Part shown: one piece after another, positions 44,699-59,212 of the stretch | How the letters are laid out: each line of letters begins with the position of its first letter | Position numbering within the stretch: the first letter of the stretch is position 1 | Assembly: GCA_051294375.1 (NCBI GenBank) | Contig: CM119269.1 | Span: 6,647,552 to 6,711,551, forward strand | DNA: 64,000 bases | From: Paraspadella gotoi | Taxonomy: Eukaryota; Animalia; Chaetognatha | Direction: 5' to 3' | Notes under the pieces: model-generated | What the model was told of the DNA's origin: nothing | The model's input: the letters and a program-made list of their open reading frames with translations, nothing else | The model's database searches: none | Position numbers and translations under genes: made by a program

Positions 44699-46822
44699 GA
44701 AGAAATGAGGAAAAGAAGAGGTAAAGTATAAGCTGTAGGATGTAGGTGTAAGAATATATGTTAGAAATAACTAATAGAAAATCATAAAGAAATTAAGAAA
44801 TAAAAAAAATAAAGAAAAAAAAAAAGAAAAAAGTGGAAAAAGAAAGAAGTAAAGTAGTTCGTTTTCGGCAGCAAAATTTACGGAACCGAACATTAATCTC
44901 CGCAGACCAAACGGTTTTGGGAACGACGACGACGACGACGACGACGAAAAATAAGGCGCCGAAAGAACTGGCGACGTCGGCGTCTCGTTTTCCTTTCATT
45001 TTCCTCTTTTTGTTGTTTTCTTAGTTTTTCACTTTTCCTAGATTTCTTTTATCATTTTTTTTCTTTCATTTTATTCTTTTTTTGGGGTCTTAAAATTGAA
45101 ATCCTTCAAAACAAAAATAATGTTTTTCGGTTTTTTTTTTGNNNNNNNNNNNNNNNNNNNNNNNNNNNNNNNNNNNNNNNNNNNNNNNNNNNNNNNNNNN
45201 NNNNNNNNNNNNNNNNNNNNNNNNNNNNNNNNNNNNNNNNNNNNNNNNNNNNNNNNNNNNNNNNNNNNNNNNNNNNNNNNNNNNNNNNNNNNNNNNNNNN
45301 NNNNNNNNNNNNNNNNNNNNNNNNNNNNNNNGAAAAGGGAATTTTGAAATGCTACAAGCGACGACGACAACGACAACAACAGATAAAAAGAATCTCATTC
45401 GGTTAAACGAAATTTAAAAAAATTCACTTTTTTCTAGATTTTTCTTCGGCTTCAAATCTTCTTTTTTCACCATCGATAATTCAAAAATGAAAAAAAAAAA
45501 TTGTTTAAACATTTTTTTCAATTTTTTTAAGAGAGTCACGTGACTCTAGTCGTTGTCAGATTTTTCTGCTTCCGATTCTCTACTCACGACGCACGAGCAT
45601 TCTCTCTTCTCGCGTTTTCTTTTATTCGCTTCTGTTTGTTCCTCTCTTTTTCCTTTCTCCGTCTTGTGCGTCGCTGTCCATCTTGAGTCTCTTTCTCGTT
45701 TCTGGCTCTCTCTCTCTCTCATCTTCTCTGGTCTGTCCTCTTCTTCTCTCTCTTTCTCTTCTGCGTGGTCGTCTCGTGTGCCCTCCTCGCCCTTCGTCTC
45801 TCGCGGATCTCCTCTCGAGTCTCATCTGCGTTTCGTCTCGTCTCGTCTGTCTCTCTCGGTCATCTCTCGCCTCCTCCCTCTCCGTCTGACCGGCGAAATT
45901 CACCGTCCGCTGGCAAGTACGGACGGAGACGGGATTGAACGCCGTAGATTGGCCACTTTCTGTGTTTCTGGCGCGCAACGTTGGGATTTTTTGTAGAGAT
46001 GGACGAATGAGCGAGCGACGATGACGGACGACGATGGACGAGAACACAGATGTCAGGTTTCGTCTGAGAATCAAAGAATGGGCGATGGACGTTGGGTTGA
46101 GTCTTCGCCTGCTTCATATGGGTCACATTTACGGTGTACGTGTTAAGTTGTAGGCTGACCTTACTGAAGTAACAGGACTAAAGGTACTGGACTAAATACC
46201 GGACTTAACGCGGCGTTTATAGGTCTCCCATCGGCCTCCTTAATGCCGGTCCGCATAGTGGAGATCTTGAGGCATTTTTGTGGTTATGTTGTCACCGTCA
46301 CTGCAACCTTGAACGTCATTCTGGTGCGAAACTTGAACGCTGCGAGTTCCTTGGCAGCGGCTGCACCTCATTCTTGACACATGCACCACATTCCTTGGAG
46401 ACACCATGAATCTGCATTCCTTGAAACCTTTGAACCTCGATAGACCTTAGACGGCGTGTGAAGCCGGTCATTCGCTTGACCCGGTTGCGCCTCATTCCTG
46501 TCGCCGCTGCGCCAACTCAATATTTGGGGGCTACCAAACCTCAACCTGTACGCCGCGCCCTGCCTCTCCACTGGATCCGCCGACGGTCCCCGACGTCACT
46601 CGGTCCGGATGATCCGATCTCGGAGCGATGGCCGCCAACCTTTACGCTTAACAGCCTGTCTTCGCCCCTAGAATTCGGCCTCCCCACGCCCACCGGGCTA
46701 TTTTGTCTCGGGCTCACGGCCCCGCCAATCGAGATCGATGTCGAGGCCGGAGGCGGGTGATCGATCGGGGCGGAAGGATCTTTGGAGATGGTCGTGGGGA
46801 TTTCTTGGCGAGGGTGAGAGCG

Positions 46823-46877
<55 letters not shown>

Positions 46878-47832
46878 NNNNNNNNNNNNNNNNNNNNNNN
46901 NNNNNNNNNNNNNNNNNNNNNNNNNNNNNNNNNNNNNNNNNNNNNNNNNNNNNNNNNNNNNNNNNNNNNNNNNNNNNNNNNNNNNNNNNNNNNNGAGAGA
47001 GAGAGAATGTTGGTGAGGTCAGACAAGTATTTTGAAGAATAATTCACGCTCACCTCCCATAAACCGTCCAAAAAAGTTAATGTTAATTTAATTTGCATAT
47101 TGCAGAGTTTGAATTTTGACATATTCCCTTTAGTCGCAAATTAAAACTGAATAAGTAAAAATGAAGATTAGTTTAGCAGGAAGAAAAAAATTGAGTCTAA
47201 AACGGATAAACTTTTTTTGAATCTTTACTGCTTATGTTATTCGTTTTTTTAATATTGTTTATAGTATATAATAGGAATAATAAACAAAACTTCCTGTTAT
47301 GCTTCTTACCAGGGATGTAAAGTTTAATTTCTGTAAGTTGTCCTTGATTAGGCCGTTGGTCAGCGCATCGCTTCGATGGCAAAATTCTAACCTCGGTTAT
47401 TTCTCATTTTTCTCCTCTTCCCCTCTTCTTCCTCCTCCTCCTCCTCTGGCGCCCGAGTGGCGGACTTCTTTTTCTTTGGTTCTTCGAACGAAATCAAAAA
47501 AAGAAAAGAAAAGAAAATTAAAAAAAAGGAAAAGAATAGAATAAGAAAAGAAAAGAAAAAAAAATGAAAGCATTAAGAGTACAAAAATATAGAGTTGGGT
47601 CTGTACTTGCTTAAAATCTTTGATGCTTGCTCATTAATCTGATTCAGTTATTAACTCCTGCCATAACTTGACTCTGATAAAACTGAAGCACCCAGTCACT
47701 TCTATGTTCTTTGCGGGTCACTGGGAGCGCGTGGTGTGTGCCTAAAGCAAAGAAGATATCTCTAAGTGTGTCAGAAAGTATGAGTAAGAGAGAATGAGAA
47801 AGATAGAGAGAGGGATAGGAGGAGGAGTAGAG

Positions 47833-47895
<63 letters not shown>

Positions 47896-47961
47896 ACTTT
47901 ATCTGAACGGACCGTGTATCAGATAAGAATTTCAGGGAAAGTGTGTGGGAGGGAAAAAATG

Positions 47962-47995
<34 letters not shown>

Positions 47996-48562
47996 AGAGG
48001 AGGAGAGAGAGAGAGAGAGAGAGTTGAGACGAGAGAATGCATTTGCCGTAGGGACTGTCCATGGTTCGAAGAAAAAGATTGGTAAGCTAAACCTATACAA
48101 TCCGAGCTCAAAGAAATTCAAAAAATAAAAACTGGATTATAAAAAAGATTAAACATACATGAGCTAGTTGAACTGGTTTAGCATAGGATACGATGCACAG
48201 TTTCCTCTGCCCTTTTTTGTGGTGTTCTGTTCGAGGTTGGGTCGTTTTGTGTGAACAGATGAAGTTGTTTCTAGTGGGAAANNNNNNNNNNNNNNNNNNN
48301 NNNNNNGGACTTCCATGGTCGAAGAAAAAATTTAAGCTAAACCACAATCGACTCAAGAAATCAAAAAATAAAAACTGATTATAAAAAAATTAAAACATAC
48401 ATACTATTACTGTTACATAGGATAAATCACATTTCCTCCCTTTTTTTCTGTCAGTTGTCGTTTTTGACAATAAGTTTTTCTAGTGAAAAATGGAAGACTT
48501 TTTTCGTCCCTTTTTCGATTTTTATGTTTTCGCTTTTTTTCCCAATTTGTTACGTTTTTCTG

Positions 48563-48600
<38 letters not shown>

Positions 48601-49869
48601 NNNNNNNNNNNNNNNNNNNNNNNNNNNNNNNNNNNNNNNNNNNNNNNNNNNNNNNNNNNNNNNNNNNNNNNNNNNNNNNNNNNNNNNNNNNNNNNNNNNN
48701 NNNNNNCTCTCTCTCTCTCTCTCTCCTTCTATCTCTCTCTCTTTCTCCTCGCCACCCCGACGGTAGCCCCGAACTTTCATCTTCGGAAGAATCTGGTTTA
48801 TCGAAAAAAATTATCATAAATAAACGAAATGGTGTTTTTCTCTTTAAACTTGGCGTAGAAATAAACAAAAAAGGTGAGGGAAGGTATACAAAGAAATCCT
48901 CAGAATGACCGTATTAGTCTGTAGGCGTTTAAAAACTATTGGTATAATTTAGAAATATCTCAGACATATAAAAAGCTTTTGTAAACNNNNNNNNNNNNNN
49001 NNNNNNNNNNNNNNNNNNNNNNNNNNNNNNNNNNNNNNNNNNNNNNNNNNNNNNNNNNNNNNNNNNNNNNNNNNNNNNNNNNNNNNNNNNNNNNNNNNNN
49101 NNNNNNNNNNNNNNNNNNNNNNNNNNNNNNNNNNNNNNNNNNNNNNNNNNNNNNNNNNNNNNNNNNNNNNTCTCTCTCGCGTCTGATAGGGGGCGTGTCC
49201 CCTGGTTTTGTGGCGGCGCGGATTTTAAATTCGCATTAGAAATATAAACAGAAGGAAAAGCGTAAACAAAAGACATAAACAAAAGAAAGGCAAGGGAGAG
49301 AGACCTTGCCGACGCCGCGGTCGTCGTCGTCGTCGTCGTCGTCGTCAATGCTATTAGGAGGTCTTGATAGTCTTACGCAAGAAAAGCCTCGAGGCCTCAG
49401 GCTAAAAGCGGCGAGAATGAAAGGGAAAAGTGAACAGAGAAGGAGAGATCGTCGTCATTGTCGTCGTCGTCATCGTCGTTGTCGATGTAGCGCCGATCTT
49501 AATGCTCTTTTCTTGTGACTTTTTTTTNNNNNNNNNNNNNNNNNNNNNNNNNNNNNNNNNNNNNNNNNNNNNNNNNNNNNNNNNNNNNNNNNNNNNNNNN
49601 NNNNNNNNNNNNNNNNNNNNNNNNNNNNNNNNNNNNNNNNNNNNNNNNNNNNNNNNNNNNNNNNNNNNNNNNNNNNNNNNNNNNNNNNNNNNNNNNNNNN
49701 NNNNNNNNNNNNNNNNNNNNNNNNNNNNNNNNNNNNNNNTTTTTTTTTGTTGTCATCCTTATCATCATCGCCTCCTTTCATTGTCGTCGATAATGACGTC
49801 GTCGTCGTCGTCGTCGATTTGAACGTTGGTGACGGTCGTTGTTATGATTATGCCATCATCTCGAATCGA

Positions 49870-49900
<31 letters not shown>

Positions 49901-50551
49901 TTGGACCACGAACCAGCGATGACAACGACGAAGACGACGACGACGAAGACGATGGCACCGATTGAGTCGCTTCCCGTCGCTTTCGTCTCTCGGCGCCACC
50001 AAATTCTTTCGGATGACCTCTTTTCGTATCTCGGGTTTTTGACAACAAAAAAGAGCCTAAAATCGATTCCCTGTACCTTTTTTTTATGCCCCGACGGCCG
50101 CAGGGTGATGATCGCCGATCGACCGTGAACTCACCTTCGATCACCGATCACGACATTTCATTTTTATATAAGTCGTGATTCATTTAGTAAAGTATTAGGT
50201 AGTATTAATTTTGCATGAACCCGTCTATCCATAAATTTTAGAAAAAATGGAGGAAGAGGAAGAGGAAATGTAACGTAGTTTCCTATGCAAAGAAGAAGAG
50301 GAATGTTGAGGAGGATGAGGAATAAAAAAAGGAAAACGATAGTGAAGAGGAAGCGCATCATGATGAGGAAGAGGAAGATGCGCGTCGTGTTTAATCCTGG
50401 TTTTTTCATCGGGAATTCATCCCGACGATGCCGCCGCAGCAGTCGCAGGAGGAACGGCGGCAGCGCAACTCGGCAGCAGCATGAGCGGCAACGGGCATCG
50501 CGTCGGCTGCGTCTTCTTTCCTCGGACCCACGAGTCGACGATAAGGGCGGC

Positions 50552-50607
<56 letters not shown>

Positions 50608-51470
50608 CACTCCTCTCTCGCTCTCTCTCTCTCTTTCCTTCAGAATCTTATCGGCGGCGAGGAATCTCGAGGATGTCCGAAACCTCTTATCGCAATTTTT
50701 TCCGACTCAAATAAAAATATAAAATAATCTAATAAATAGTAGAAGAAAGAAAAACAACAAGAAAGAAAATTGAAAGAAAAGAGAGGAAGAGAGAGAGAGA
50801 AAAAAAAGAAAAGCTGTTTTACTGCTTCGCGCTCTCCCCTTTTTTTCTCACTTTCTCGCGCTTCTGCGTCCGCCTCATGTTTTTTTTTTTAGTTTTCTCG
50901 AGAAAGAAAAAGAGATAAGAGAAGAAATCCCATCGAAAAGTAAAAGAACGAATTAAAAATAATGTTTTAAAAAAGAAAAAAACAATAATAATAACAAGAT
51001 AAATTTATCGATGGAAGAGGGAAGGCCTCTACCGGTGGAATCACGACTGATAAGAGAATCGTTCCAGTTCATTCACGAATTCTCATTTCAAAGGAAAATG
51101 AATTTAATCGCGTAAAATTTGATTAATTTATGATTGATTGAATCATTAACTCATACATTATATTGAATACATATAATTGAATAATTTTTTGTGATTATTT
51201 TTTCATGATTTTTTTTTATCTCATTAATTATTTGATTTATTATTTTGATGAATTTATTAATGAATCAATTTATTGATGAGTCGATTTTATCTAATTCATA
51301 GCTTCGATTTCAAAATTCGCGCATTCTCACTTTCTTCTTTCGCCACCGACGAGGATTTTCTGAATCAAAAACTCTACGTTTCAATTATTCCATTTTTAGT
51401 TTTCGATTTCATTTTATTTTTCTTGGAACAAATATCGTAATATCTTTTACGAGACTTTCCTCGCTTCCTG
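44699..51470 (+). repeat. Fourth, gapped forward copy of ~18134-24626 that runs on into unique sequence
   Basis: Matches copy A with microsatellites replaced by sized N gaps. It diverges from copies A/B at cttcctg|acctgacccg (~51470). Confidence 0.9.
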
Positions 51471-51687
51471 ACCTGACCCGAAATCTTCAGCTTTACCTCG
51501 AACCCGAACCTCACCCTCGATTCTTTTCCTTCGCGTTTTTTTCGGAAAAAGTCAATTGACCTTCGAAAGAGAAAAGACTTACCCACTCGACAGAGAGAAA
51601 AGAGAGACTTACCCTTAAAGGAGAAAAGACAAACTCTTTCCTTTGACGAGACGATCACTCGCCAACCACTTCCTCATCCCTTCACAA

Positions 51688-51721
<34 letters not shown>

Positions 51722-52259
51722 NNNNNNNNNNNNNNNNNNNNNNNNNNNNNNNNNNNNNNNNNNNNNNNNNNNNNNNNNNNNNNNNNNNNNNNNNNNNNNN
51801 NNNNNNNNNNNNNNNNNNNNNNNNNNNNNNNNNNNNNNNNNNNNNNNNNNNNNNNNNNNNNNNNNNNNNNNNNNNNNNNNNNNNNNNNNNNNNNNNNNNN
51901 NNNNNNNNNNNNNNNNNNNNNNNNNNNNNNNNNNNNNNNNNNNNNNNTCTCTCTCTCTCTCTCTCTCTCTCAAGGATGTTCTCCTGCTTGACCGGATCAG
52001 TGAGAGATCCCTTCACGTCCACTTCTTCCTTCTTCAACTCGTCCTTCAATCCAAGTCCTTCCTTTCCGCAGCTTCACTTTTGGTAAGTTCGATCGATGGA
52101 GGGCAAGTGCGCCGAGTAATAAACGGATACATTTCCTAGTCATTTGAATTATATAAAGTATTATACGTTAATATTGAAGCAACTAACCTGTAGATTTATG
52201 TGTAAATCACGTGACTCTTCGTAGGCTCCCGGAATCCTGGGAATCTGTTGACTTTGGCT

Positions 52260-52298
<39 letters not shown>

Positions 52299-54012
52299 GA
52301 ATGCGCTCCAACTTTTAACGCTTCTCTTTTAGTGGGTCTCCACTCTCCATTCGCCAGACTCCAGTGTGCAGTATCCGCTTCGTTTCACAGTTTTCAGTAT
52401 CCACTGTCCAGTAATCCCCAGTCCATTTTCAAATCTCCTAAGTGCTATCCCTAGTTCCCTAGTTAAGATCCCCTAGTTTAAATATTGATATTAATGCTTT
52501 AGTCTCAATAATCTCAATCATATTCATAATCCTATCTTCGGGTTAAATGTTTACCAATAAGAATGAAGCGTAAATAACATTTTAATCTTTTTCCAAATAA
52601 AGGTTTAACTTGTCTCAAGGAAAAAATTTCAATCATAAGATTATAAGATTGAGTCTTCAATATAGATGATGATGATGATATATGTATATATTTTTTTTTT
52701 CAATTATGGAACATTTCCAATACGTTTTGGAGCCCGTCGTACTTTCTCGTTTTCTTTTCCTTTTTATTTTCTTTCTTTTCCCCCTTCCACCTCCGANNNN
52801 NNNNNNNNNNNNNNNNNNNNNNNNNNNNNNNNNNNNNNNNNNNNNNNNNNNNNNNNNNNNNNNNNNNNNNNNNNNNNNNNNNNNNNNNNNNNNNNNNNNN
52901 NNNNNNNNNNNNNNNNNNNNNNNNNNNNNNNNNNNNNNNNNNNNNNNNNNNNNNNNNNNNNNNNNNNNNNNNNNNNNNNNNNNNNNNNNNNNNNNNNNNN
53001 NNNNNNNNNNNNNNNNNNNNNNNNNNNNNNNNNNNNNNNNNNNNNNNNNNNNNNNTCTCTCTCTCTCTCTCTCTTCTCTTTCTCTCTTTCCACATTTCCA
53101 TGAAGCAGGAACTAATTCGCTTTTGACAGTCGAGGAAAAAAGCACTTTGGCTGAGGACGACGATGATGACGACGACAACGACTAAAACGTCGACGACGAC
53201 GACAGCGACGATACTTACCCAAAAAAAGAAAATTGCGAATAAATCGAATGAAGTGGAACAAAAAAAAATAAAAAATTCCGACTGAAGGCGTTATGTCAAG
53301 ACGTCACTTTGCCAAATGCTTTTTTGTGCAAAACTGGGATTTTATAATGTAAGCTTTTTAAGCTTTTTATTTTTATTTTATTATTGAACTATAATATTAT
53401 TTTAAAACTTTTTTGGAACTTGTTTAACAGCCAAAGAAAATTCTTAAATTATTTTAGTGAATTACTCGAACACTTAAACTATTGTTCTATTAATAATAGT
53501 CAATTAGTAATCAATTCCCCCTGCTCTTATTTTTTTTCTCTTCAAAACAAATTCTCCCGCCAAAATCATCGCGTCGTTCCAATCTCTCCGTTTGTCTTTT
53601 GTTATCTTTATTTATTTTATCTATTTTTAAAAATTTTCAATCGATCCTCGATTACGCAAGAAACAAAAGACTCTCGACTCCGCAATCGTTTTTCAAGCGG
53701 CGAAACGGGATTCGATTGTGATAGTAGTGATAGCGATTACTATAATTGTGATAGCGTTTGCGATAGTGAAAGCGATTGCGACAATGACTGTAGTGATAAC
53801 GATTGCGATTCTGATAGTGAATTGATCGAGGCAGCGTGATATCTAAAACAAAAATAACGACGGAAGAGAATTGTCGGAGTAAAATTGAAAAAAACTTATA
53901 TCCTTGACATTTTTGTTACAATTTCGAATGCATTGAGATTATAAATAGACTGACCAAGGTACATTGATAGTACTATCAACAGTTAAATATATATATGTCG
54001 ATGGAAGCGCCT

Positions 54013-54053
54013 AGATAGCGTCGATAGCGTCGATAGCGTCGATAGCGTCGATA
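54013..54053. repeat. 9-bp tandem repeat (gatagcgtc)n running into gap 54054-54312
   Basis: Four or more visible units; the gap probably represents the collapsed array. Confidence 0.8.
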
Positions 54054-54449
54054 NNNNNNNNNNNNNNNNNNNNNNNNNNNNNNNNNNNNNNNNNNNNNNN
54101 NNNNNNNNNNNNNNNNNNNNNNNNNNNNNNNNNNNNNNNNNNNNNNNNNNNNNNNNNNNNNNNNNNNNNNNNNNNNNNNNNNNNNNNNNNNNNNNNNNNN
54201 NNNNNNNNNNNNNNNNNNNNNNNNNNNNNNNNNNNNNNNNNNNNNNNNNNNNNNNNNNNNNNNNNNNNNNNNNNNNNNNNNNNNNNNNNNNNNNNNNNNN
54301 NNNNNNNNNNNNGGCAGTCTCTTGGACTGTCTCACCGACGGAAGACATCAAAGGCCGAAAGAGAAAACAAAAAGTCAAAAACTCAATTCATTATTTTTTT
54401 TTTTTTTTATTTCTTGAGATCTGGGAAAAACACAATTTTGTTCTTTTGT

Positions 54450-54500
54450 AAAATGGCGGTTAAAACCTGACCCGATTTCGACTGACCGACCATAGATTGG
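54450..54500 (+). promoter_or_regulatory. Possible promoter: YY1-like AAAATGGCGG plus inverted CCAAT (ATTGG)
   Basis: aaaatggcgg at 54450-54459 and attgg at 54496-54500 in a locally GC-richer patch. Motif match only. Confidence 0.3.
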
Positions 54501-56239
54501 CTGTCGAGCGGCACTCAGGTTGTTGCGGAAACTTTGGTATTTGTTTCATTTTATTATCCCGAGTTAAGGTTTAGAGTGCTTTAAAATTATCTTTTAAATA
54601 ATAGATCTGTTAATTTGATAACTAATTGAAGCTTACGGCGCTACTCTGGGTTATAAGCAAATTGTTGGTTCGTTTGTTGAGCTCAAGGATTGAGTATAAA
54701 TTTAAATTAAATTTTCGGCTCATTATCATGTTTGCTTGTTTTTTGTTTTGTTTTATCTATCGAACAATATTTTTTATTCCTAATTTTTAATTCCCCATTT
54801 CCTCTGTTATCTCAATCATCACTTACCTCCCTTTTCCTTTTCTTTTTCCTTCTCTACTTTCCCCTTAATAAACCATTTTATTGCCCTTTTTACCTTTCTG
54901 ATCCAACCTCTCTATTCCCCCCTTTTCTCTCCTCTCTATTTTCCCGCCATTCCTCTCTCCTCTCGGACTGGCATCGCATGTCTCTCCCGGATTCGCGCGA
55001 AAACTTTTTTTTAATCGAAACTCGAAATAAAACAAACAAAATAGCGTCGACTTTTCCAGAGTAAACATCTCAATGTTCGTTCGACGAATTCTCCCGATTC
55101 CTTTCTCTGGGTTACAGGGGGAAACCTTTTATTAGTGGGGGGGGGAGAATACAGTGGGGGAGATTTACTTTGTTGCCGCTGAAATTCGAAGCCCAAGTTT
55201 TAGGGTTATTATCAAAATAAAATTTTATTAAAACAAGTCATTACTATGAACTTTTTGATTCCATTACTAATTTTTTCATTCGACCCCCTTCGTTCGCGTT
55301 AATGAACGAGGACTGCCTCTTAACGGTTAACTATTGTTTTCCGTAAAGTTTTAAAATTATTGAAACCAACGATTTGTTGCCAACGAAATGTCGAGATTCC
55401 AATTCTGCTGGTTTCTGCATCCAAATTCTCCTCTTATCGCTAAAACGCGTTTCGCGGCCTCTAACGTCGTCGTTATCGTCGTCGTCGTTATCGTCGTCGT
55501 TATCGGCGCCGTCGTGGTCGTCGTCATCGCCGTCGCCCGCGCTGCCGCCCGCCGTCTGAGCGCGGTCTCTCTCTCTCTCTNNNNNNNNNNNNNNNNNNNN
55601 NNNNNNNNNNNNNNNNNNNNNNNNNNNNNNNNNNNNNNNNNNNNNNNNNNNNNNNNNNNNNNNNNNNNNNNNNNNNNNNNNNNNNNNNNNNNNNNNNNNN
55701 NNNNNNNNNNNNNNNNNNNNNNNNNNNNNNNNNNNNNNCTCTCTCTCTCTCTCAATCTATTTTCCCCGTCGATCCAAAGGACGAGGACGACTCGAGCATT
55801 CGTCGTCGCCGCTCTCTCTCCACGATCCCCTCTTCCTTTCTCTAGGAAAAGTTAAGCAATCATTATAGTATTAATTAAAAATTAATTATTCAAACCAATC
55901 GTCCCGCTATCTCCGTCTACTAGAGATTATTTCTCTTCCGGACGGATGCGAAGTGAAAAAAAAAGAAAAAAGACGACCTCTCTTTCTCGCGACGATAAAA
56001 AAAAAACTTCGCTGATAAAATCGAAATTTTTCAACGATAAAAAACAAATCGTCGCTGGTGATAAAATCCAGTTGACGCTAAATACTGGTGATAAAAACGA
56101 AAAGTTAAAATAGCAAATCTCTGGCGATAAAACTGACAACCCTACAACTCTTAATTTTGATCCAAAATTCTTTTTTTTTTTCTTATCGCGACAAATTTTT
56201 CAGGTAGTAAAAACGAGTTAAAATGAATCGTCCTCCCTA

Positions 56240-58770
<2,531 letters not shown>

Positions 58771-59212
58771 TCTTTCGGTTCCCTTCGTTCCGACTTCGAT
58801 TTTTTCGAGTCCGGAGCAGAAGTTGGATTTGAAGTTGGGAGTTGGAGAGGCTCAAAGTCCCCGTCGTTAATGACGTCGTCGTCGTCGTCGTCGTCGTCGT
58901 TGGCGTCGCTAAGAGGCAATAGACTCTGACATCGAAACTGGCCACATTTCGAGTCTCATTTTCTCGCTTTTTCTCTTCGAAATCAACGAGAAAAAAATAT
59001 TTTTTTAATCGAGATTAATTCCTTAAATTTTTTTTTTCTCGGGAGGGAACTTTAAAAATAATATTTTGATCTCTTCTTTTTCGTCGTCGATAAATGTCGC
59101 GTCAGTCTCTTTGACTCTATCTCTCTCTGGCTTCGTTGTTTGACGTCTCTGTCTCTGATTTTCAACTCTTTTGTCGTCATTTTTCCTCGTCGTCAAGCTC
59201 AGGAATTCCGCC

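Noticed and set aside
14186-51470. Genuine amplified gene cluster or giant fold-back transposon
   Set aside because: Matching microsatellite lengths, fixed 25-N junctions and raw-read-like noise point to assembly redundancy, and no recognisable gene lies in the unit.
51973-52454. Possible two-exon gene (donor gtaagt at 52083, acceptor at ~52223)
   Set aside because: No phase-compatible reading gives a convincing protein; it may be UTR or non-coding.
19050-55175. SPPLYSPPP peptide appearing on the minus strand at ~19055-19085 and ~55135-55170
   Set aside because: Short G-tract-driven similarity with no extended homology; likely coincidental.
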